A DNA stretch of 64,000 nucleotides from an uncultured Pirellulales bacterium (GTDB taxonomy: Bacteria; Planctomycetota; Phycisphaerae; Sedimentisphaerales; Anaerobacaceae), in assembly GCA_964575615.1 (NCBI GenBank), contig CAZNSM010000002.1, forward strand, positions 5,862 through 69,861, given 5' to 3'. The stretch's first letter is position 1. Each line of letters opens with the position of its first letter. The notes below the pieces were generated by a model. The model made no database searches. It saw only the letters and a list, made by a program, of their open reading frames with translations, and was not told the DNA's origin. Positions 60,015-64,000 of the stretch are shown piece after piece. Position numbers and translations under genes: made by a program.

Positions 60015-60857
60015 TCACTGGAACCCGAGGCTGAGGCTCTTGGCCAGCAGCCCCCAGCCGTCGACCAGGATGAACAGGATCAGCTTGAACGGCAGCGAAA
60101 TCATCACGGGCGGTAGCATCATCATGCCCGCGCTGAGCAGTACGCTGGCGATGACCATGTCGATCAGCAGAAACGGGATGAACAGGAGGCAGCCGATCTC
60201 GAAGGCAGTGCGGAATTCGCTGATGATGAAGGCCGGGATGACGATGTGCAGCGGGATGCCCATGGGCGTGGTCGGCGGAGCGACCTTGGCCATCTGGACG
60301 AAGAGCGCCAGGTCGTTGCGCCGGCTCTGACGCAGCATGAACTCCTTGATGCACCCGGCCGCGGTGTCGGTGGCCTTCGTGAAGTCGATCTTGTCGGCGA
60401 GGTAGGGCTGGATGGCTTCCGTGTTGACCTTGGCGTACGTCGGGGCCATCGTGTACAGCGTCAGAAACAGCGCCAGGCCGATGACCGCCACCGTCGGGGG
60501 TATGCTCTGGGTGCTCAAGGCCCGCCGCGCGAAGGACAACACGATCACGATCCGGGTGAAAGACGTCATCATCATCAGCAGGCTCGGCAGAATCGCCAGG
60601 CCGCTGAAGATGATGACGAGCTTGACGGGCGTGGACCAGTCGCGGCCCTCTGTCTCTTTGGCGGTGGCCTTGTCGAGGACGGTCGCCAGGTCGTTCAGGC
60701 TCGGCACGTTGTTCGATGGCGGAACGGTGGTCGAGTCGGATGGCGTCCCGGGCAATGGCAGCGGCGCGATCGGGCCGGCCATCTGCCCGTGCGACGTTGT
60801 GACCGCTGCCCCAAGGACCAGCAGCAGTGCCGTCAGGGTGGTTCGAATCGCCATCAT
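60015..60857 (-). CDS. fliP: Flagellar export apparatus protein FliP (280 aa)
   Basis: Signal peptide plus the conserved 'LLMMMTSFTRIVIVLSFARRALSTQSIPP' and 'FIISEFRTAFEIGCLLFIPFLLIDMVIASVLLSAGMMMLPP'. Confidence 0.95.
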   Translation of the reverse strand: MMAIRTTLTALLLVLGAAVTTSHGQMAGPIAPLPLPGTPSDSTTVPPSNNVPSLNDLATVLDKATAKETEGRDWSTPVKLVIIFSGLAILPSLLMMMTSFTRIVIVLSFARRALSTQSIPPTVAVIGLALFLTLYTMAPTYAKVNTEAIQPYLADKIDFTKATDTAAGCIKEFMLRQSRRNDLALFVQMAKVAPPTTPMGIPLHIVIPAFIISEFRTAFEIGCLLFIPFLLIDMVIASVLLSAGMMMLPPVMISLPFKLILFILVDGWGLLAKSLSLGFQ

Positions 60858-61343
60858 CTATGCACTCACCGGATTGTCGATGTCCTGCCTGGGCAGGTCC
60901 AGCCAGGTGTCCCCGATGTGGGCCAGGGCGGCAATGCTCTCGTTGGTGCTGCCGATCAGCAGCCTCTGGTTGCCGATCTCCACCAGGTGCAGCGCCTTGC
61001 GCGGTCCGAGATAGGTGGTCTCGACGACGCGAATCTCTTTGCCGCACGCCTTGGTGAGGTTGGGAAGCACCCTCTTGGACAGGTACAGGGCGCCGACGCC
61101 CAGGCCCACGACGAGCAGGACCGAGAGCATCATCTTGAAGAACAGCTCCTTGTTGCCGAGATTGCCTGACGCTTCGGGACCCGGCTGGGCGAAGTTGGGA
61201 TCATCGAACAGGGTTCTCTGCGCCGGCGGGACAGGGGCCGCTTTCTCCTGATCGGTCGCGCGGGCGGCAAAGCCGATCAGCCCGCCGGCGACGACGACCG
61301 CGGCGAACATCACCAGTGTTTTCCTTTTCTTCAGATCGTTCAC
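60858..61343 (-). CDS. fliO: FliO-like export apparatus accessory protein (about 161 aa)
   Basis: TM segment(s) and the 'IRVVETTYLGPRKALHLVEIGNQRLLIGST' FliO-type C-terminal segment. The stop abuts the fliP start. A GTG start at 61343 (GAGG RBS, 'VNDLKKRKTLV' then a TM segment) is preferred because a sigma-54 promoter at 61449-61465 predicts a transcription start near the track's ATG at 61439. Confidence 0.65.
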   Translation of the reverse strand: MNDLKKRKTLVMFAAVVVAGGLIGFAARATDQEKAAPVPPAQRTLFDDPNFAQPGPEASGNLGNKELFFKMMLSVLLVVGLGVGALYLSKRVLPNLTKACGKEIRVVETTYLGPRKALHLVEIGNQRLLIGSTNESIAALAHIGDTWLDLPRQDIDNPVSA

Positions 61344-61448
61344 ACGGACCTCGAAAGTGTTCTGGCCGGTACGGCTCGCGAAGGAGCTTTGCCGGCGGCG
61401 GCCTGACGCGTCCCAATGACGGTCGAGGTGCCGCATCATGAGCAGATG

Positions 61449-61465
61449 TGCAAACGGTGTGCCGG
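61449..61465 (-). promoter_or_regulatory. Sigma-54-type promoter CGGCACACCGTTTGCA upstream of fliOPQR-flhB
   Basis: The reverse complement of tgcaaacggtgtgccgg has exact GG-N10-GC spacing. It differs by 1 nt from the element at 30620-30635. Confidence 0.5.
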
Positions 61466-61563
61466 GACCCTGGGGCCTGTCAAAGAGGGCGTTTCGATGG
61501 CGTCAGAGGGATATCGGCCGTTCCGCCGGACGTCGAAGCGACTGAAGAATGGTCAGACTGTCG

Positions 61564-61587
61564 AAAAACTTGACACGATCGATGTCA
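61564..61587 (-). terminator. Weak candidate terminator after the second motB paralog
   Basis: Minus strand reads GACAUCGAUCGUGUC (4-5 bp stem) followed by AAGUUUUUC. The stem overlaps the stop codon. Confidence 0.25.
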
Positions 61588-62355
61588 GGGGCCCGATTTC
61601 AGCATGGCGATGAGAATCTGGGATTGTCCGGGATCGGGGCGGTCCTGGCCTGCCCAGTTGCCGCCCGGGCCGGCTCCCCACCACAGAATGCGCCATGGGG
61701 GGGCCTCCTGGGGCGCAGAAGCTCCCGGCCGGGCAACGAAGGTCTGGGCCAACTGTTCCTCCAGGAACCCGGCGACCGCCTGCGCGCGGCGGGCCGAGAG
61801 CATCCACTGTTGTCGCTCCGTCGATTCGTCGCCTGCCAGCCCGAGGACATACAGGGTACAGGTTTCGGCACGGAGGTTCTGCTGGAGGTCGAGGCAGTAT
61901 CTCGACAGATACTGACGGGCCTCCTCGTTGAGCAGGGCTTGGCCGGGCTCAAACCGCACGGCGGTGATCGAGAAGTCGAGGCGACGACCGACGATCTGCG
62001 AAGGCAGGGTGGTCATCGATTGGTTGAGACGTTCGAAGATCCGGCGGAGCTTTTCGCGGTATTCATCGAGGGTCCGGTCCGATGTCGTCTCCGGGTCGGA
62101 GGTGCGGTACTTTGTTGCAGGGGCGTCCAGATTCGGGACCGGTTTGCTGCCCAGAAGCACTCCCAGGCCGCACAGATTGATGGCCTCCCGGAAGGAATCG
62201 CGACCCTGATTGAACAGCTCCGGATCCTGCACGGTCGCCAGCGACAGCAGCAGCACGAAGAACGTCAGCAGCAGCGTCACCATGTCGGAGAAGGTGACGA
62301 TGTAGGCCGGAACCTTCGGCTTCTCTTCCGGAGGTGAGGAAATCCGCGATCTCAA
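61585..62355 (-). CDS. MotB-like stator protein, paralog 2 (256 aa), OmpA-like C-domain
   Basis: 'AYIVTFSDMVTLLLTFFVLLLS' is the MotB TM segment with the proton-relay Asp. The C-terminal 'WMLSARRAQAVAGFL' is an OmpA-type peptidoglycan-binding motif. TTG start forms a TTGA overlap with the upstream stop. Confidence 0.8.
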   Translation of the reverse strand: MRSRISSPPEEKPKVPAYIVTFSDMVTLLLTFFVLLLSLATVQDPELFNQGRDSFREAINLCGLGVLLGSKPVPNLDAPATKYRTSDPETTSDRTLDEYREKLRRIFERLNQSMTTLPSQIVGRRLDFSITAVRFEPGQALLNEEARQYLSRYCLDLQQNLRAETCTLYVLGLAGDESTERQQWMLSARRAQAVAGFLEEQLAQTFVARPGASAPQEAPPWRILWWGAGPGGNWAGQDRPDPGQSQILIAMLKSGP

Positions 62356-63056
62356 TTGTATGTGCTCCGTTCCAGAATGACGATCTCGACCACCCGGGAG
62401 ACTCCCGCATTCAGAGCGGCCAGCCCGCTGTGACGCAGCGTCTCGGGGTCCACGGTGGCCGCCGAAGTGATGCTCAGCCGGGTTTTGGCGATGCCCTGAC
62501 CGTCTGTCAGGAACTGGGCGATCGTCCAGGCCCGGCCCAGCCCGATTTCGTCGGAGGCCTCCTGGCCGGCCTCCAGCGCGTGCTCGCTGACGATGACTCG
62601 ATTGGGCACCGCCTTCAGCAGGGCCGCCACGTCGGCCAGCATTTGGCGGCCGTGACCGCTGGTCCGGGTCCCGCGCCCCAGAAAGACGTCTTCCGACGGC
62701 ACCAGAAACACCTTCTGATCCTGGAAATCCATGAAATCCAGACTCTCGCTCGGATTCGATTCGTATTGTCCGTCCACCGTCGGCTTGTCACTGCCTTTCT
62801 CGGGGTCCTGCTGGTAGACCACGCGCGGTATGGGCAGCAACGCCTCGTTGGTGCGGGTCAGACGCACCCCGATCGACGAGAGTCCCTCGGCAAACGCCGA
62901 CTCCATTCTCTGAAAGACCTTATTGTCGAACGAGGAGAAGCTCAGCAGCAGGACGAAGAACGTCAGCAGGAGGGTCATGCAGTCGCTGAACGTGACCATC
63001 CATTCCGGAGCGCCCGGATCGTCTTCCTGCGGTTTCTGTCTGCCTTTGGGGGCCAT
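62352..63056 (-). CDS. motB: MotB-like stator protein, paralog 1 (about 234 aa)
   Basis: 'EWMVTFSDCMTLLLTFFVLLLSF' is the MotB TM segment with the Asp. The C-domain is divergent and OmpA-like ('GLGRAWTIAQFL'). The ATG at 63056 overlaps the motA stop by 1 nt. The 222-aa track extension upstream is Arg/Pro junk antisense-shifted over motA. Confidence 0.8.
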   Translation of the reverse strand: MAPKGRQKPQEDDPGAPEWMVTFSDCMTLLLTFFVLLLSFSSFDNKVFQRMESAFAEGLSSIGVRLTRTNEALLPIPRVVYQQDPEKGSDKPTVDGQYESNPSESLDFMDFQDQKVFLVPSEDVFLGRGTRTSGHGRQMLADVAALLKAVPNRVIVSEHALEAGQEASDEIGLGRAWTIAQFLTDGQGIAKTRLSITSAATVDPETLRHSGLAALNAGVSRVVEIVILERSTYN

Positions 63057-63826
63057 CAGACGGTCGCCTTGATTTCCTTCCGTCGGCTGTGCGAGACGAA
63101 TGCCTGCATCCGCTCGCGGACAATGGTGGGGTTGTCGCCCTGGGCGATGGAGCAGACGCCTTCGAGAATCATCTCCATGGCCAGCGATTCCTCCTTGGAG
63201 TAGATGCCGAGTTTTCCGGCCAGGGGAATGAATACGAGGTTGGAGGCAAATGCCCCGTAAAACGTCGTGATGAGGGCCACCGCCATGCCGGCCCCGATCT
63301 GGTCGGGCGAGCTGAGGTTCTGGAGCATCTGGACCAGACCGATGAGGGTGCCGATCATGCCGAAGGCGGGGGCGGCGGCTCCCATGAATTCGAGGATCTT
63401 CTTGCCTCCGGCGTGGCGCTCCTGGAGATACTGAATCTCCGGCTCCAGAAGGTCCCGGATGGCCTCGGAATCCTGCCCGTCCACGAGCAGTTGCAGGCCC
63501 TTGGCGAAGAAATGATCGCTCAGTTTGCCGATCTCCGGCTCCAGCGCCAGCGTGCCGTCGCGCCGATTGATAGCCGCGAAGTTGACCATCTTCTGGACCA
63601 GTTCGGATTGCGCCGGGATCTTGGCGATGATCGTCTTCTTGATGATCGAGAAAATGCTGAGGAACTGCGGCAGCGAGAAGTGAATCATTGTTGCGCAGAG
63701 CATCCCGCCGATCGTGATGCACAGCGAGGGAACGTGGAAAAAGATGGCGGCGCCGCCGCCCATGATGATCGCGCCGATGATCACGACCAGGCCGAGCAGG
63801 GTTCCGATGATGGTTGCGATGTCCAT
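63056..63826 (-). CDS. motA: Flagellar stator protein MotA (256 aa)
   Basis: MotA/TolQ/ExbB-family four-TM protein with the conserved C-terminal 'PAFGMIGTLIGLVQML...GAGMAVALITTFYGAFASNLVFIPLAGKL'. AGGAGG RBS. Confidence 0.9.
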   Translation of the reverse strand: MDIATIIGTLLGLVVIIGAIIMGGGAAIFFHVPSLCITIGGMLCATMIHFSLPQFLSIFSIIKKTIIAKIPAQSELVQKMVNFAAINRRDGTLALEPEIGKLSDHFFAKGLQLLVDGQDSEAIRDLLEPEIQYLQERHAGGKKILEFMGAAAPAFGMIGTLIGLVQMLQNLSSPDQIGAGMAVALITTFYGAFASNLVFIPLAGKLGIYSKEESLAMEMILEGVCSIAQGDNPTIVRERMQAFVSHSRRKEIKATV

Positions 63827-63833
63827 GGACGCG

Positions 63834-64000
63834 TTATCCTCCTGTGACCTGTTTGAGCTTCTGACACAACAAGGCAGCCAGGGCCGGCTCGCTCGTCGCC
63901 AGTTCGGCCAGCACCTTCGCCTTGGTCCGATCCTGCATGAAGAAGAGGATCTTGACGGCGTCGTCGATGTTGGTGTTGCGTGCGGCCCCGCCGCTCGTCG
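63834..64000 (-). CDS. 3' end of an upstream gene (partial, truncated by the window edge), helical, MgtE-N/MotE-like impression
   Basis: Reverse-strand frame reads '...NIDDAVKILFFMQDRTKAKVLAELATSEPALAALLCQKLKQVTGG*' with the TAA stop at 63834-63836, 7 nt before the motA RBS. The family assignment is tentative. Confidence 0.4.
   Translation of the reverse strand, partial: TSGGAARNTNIDDAVKILFFMQDRTKAKVLAELATSEPALAALLCQKLKQVTGG

Overview
High-GC bacterial chromosomal window with no rRNA, tRNA, CRISPR array or obvious mobile element. It is dominated by flagellar genes in three blocks. (1) A minus-strand operon runs from about 16.1 kb down to 3.8 kb. In transcription order it holds a sigma-54 promoter, two TPR membrane proteins, a sigma-54 enhancer-binding protein (EBP), fliL-fliM-fliN-flhA, a small membrane protein, fliA, two small proteins, two lipoproteins and a terminator. 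A separately terminated flgM follows. A second EBP gene lies upstream at 16.4-17.8 kb. (2) A plus-strand operon (18.3-30.5 kb) starts at a near-consensus sigma-54 promoter and reads flgD-flgE-(YcgR-like PilZ)-flgF-flgG-flgA-flgH-flgI-flgJ(rod-binding only)-flgN-flgK-flgL. (3) A minus-strand block (63.8 down to 57.8 kb) reads motA-motB-motB'-(sigma-54 promoter)-fliO-fliP-fliQ-fliR-flhB and converges on plus-strand fliD (55.7-57.7 kb). Between flgL and fliD, where flagellin and fliS usually sit, there is instead a co-directional island of about 25 kb (30.6-55.6 kb) preceded by a sigma-54-type promoter. It encodes a FlmG-like TPR-glycosyltransferase, a GT2, TPR proteins, a nucleotide-sugar dehydrogenase, several methyltransferases and a protein with two fused radical-SAM domains. 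It ends in a single 12.35-kb ORF (about 4,117 aa) carrying at least nine glycosyltransferase-like modules, a methyltransferase-like module, an embedded radical-SAM/SPASM domain and TPR spacers. That giant ORF and the radical-SAM content of the island are the strongest candidates for an undescribed system, plausibly flagellar filament glycan assembly or modification. The left end (0.4-2.2 kb) holds a tight three-gene DUF488/DUF488/Cys-rich module unrelated to motility. All calls come from reading the translated ORFs and the DNA by eye. No database search was run, and many long ORFs in the supplied track are antisense shadows typical of high-GC DNA.
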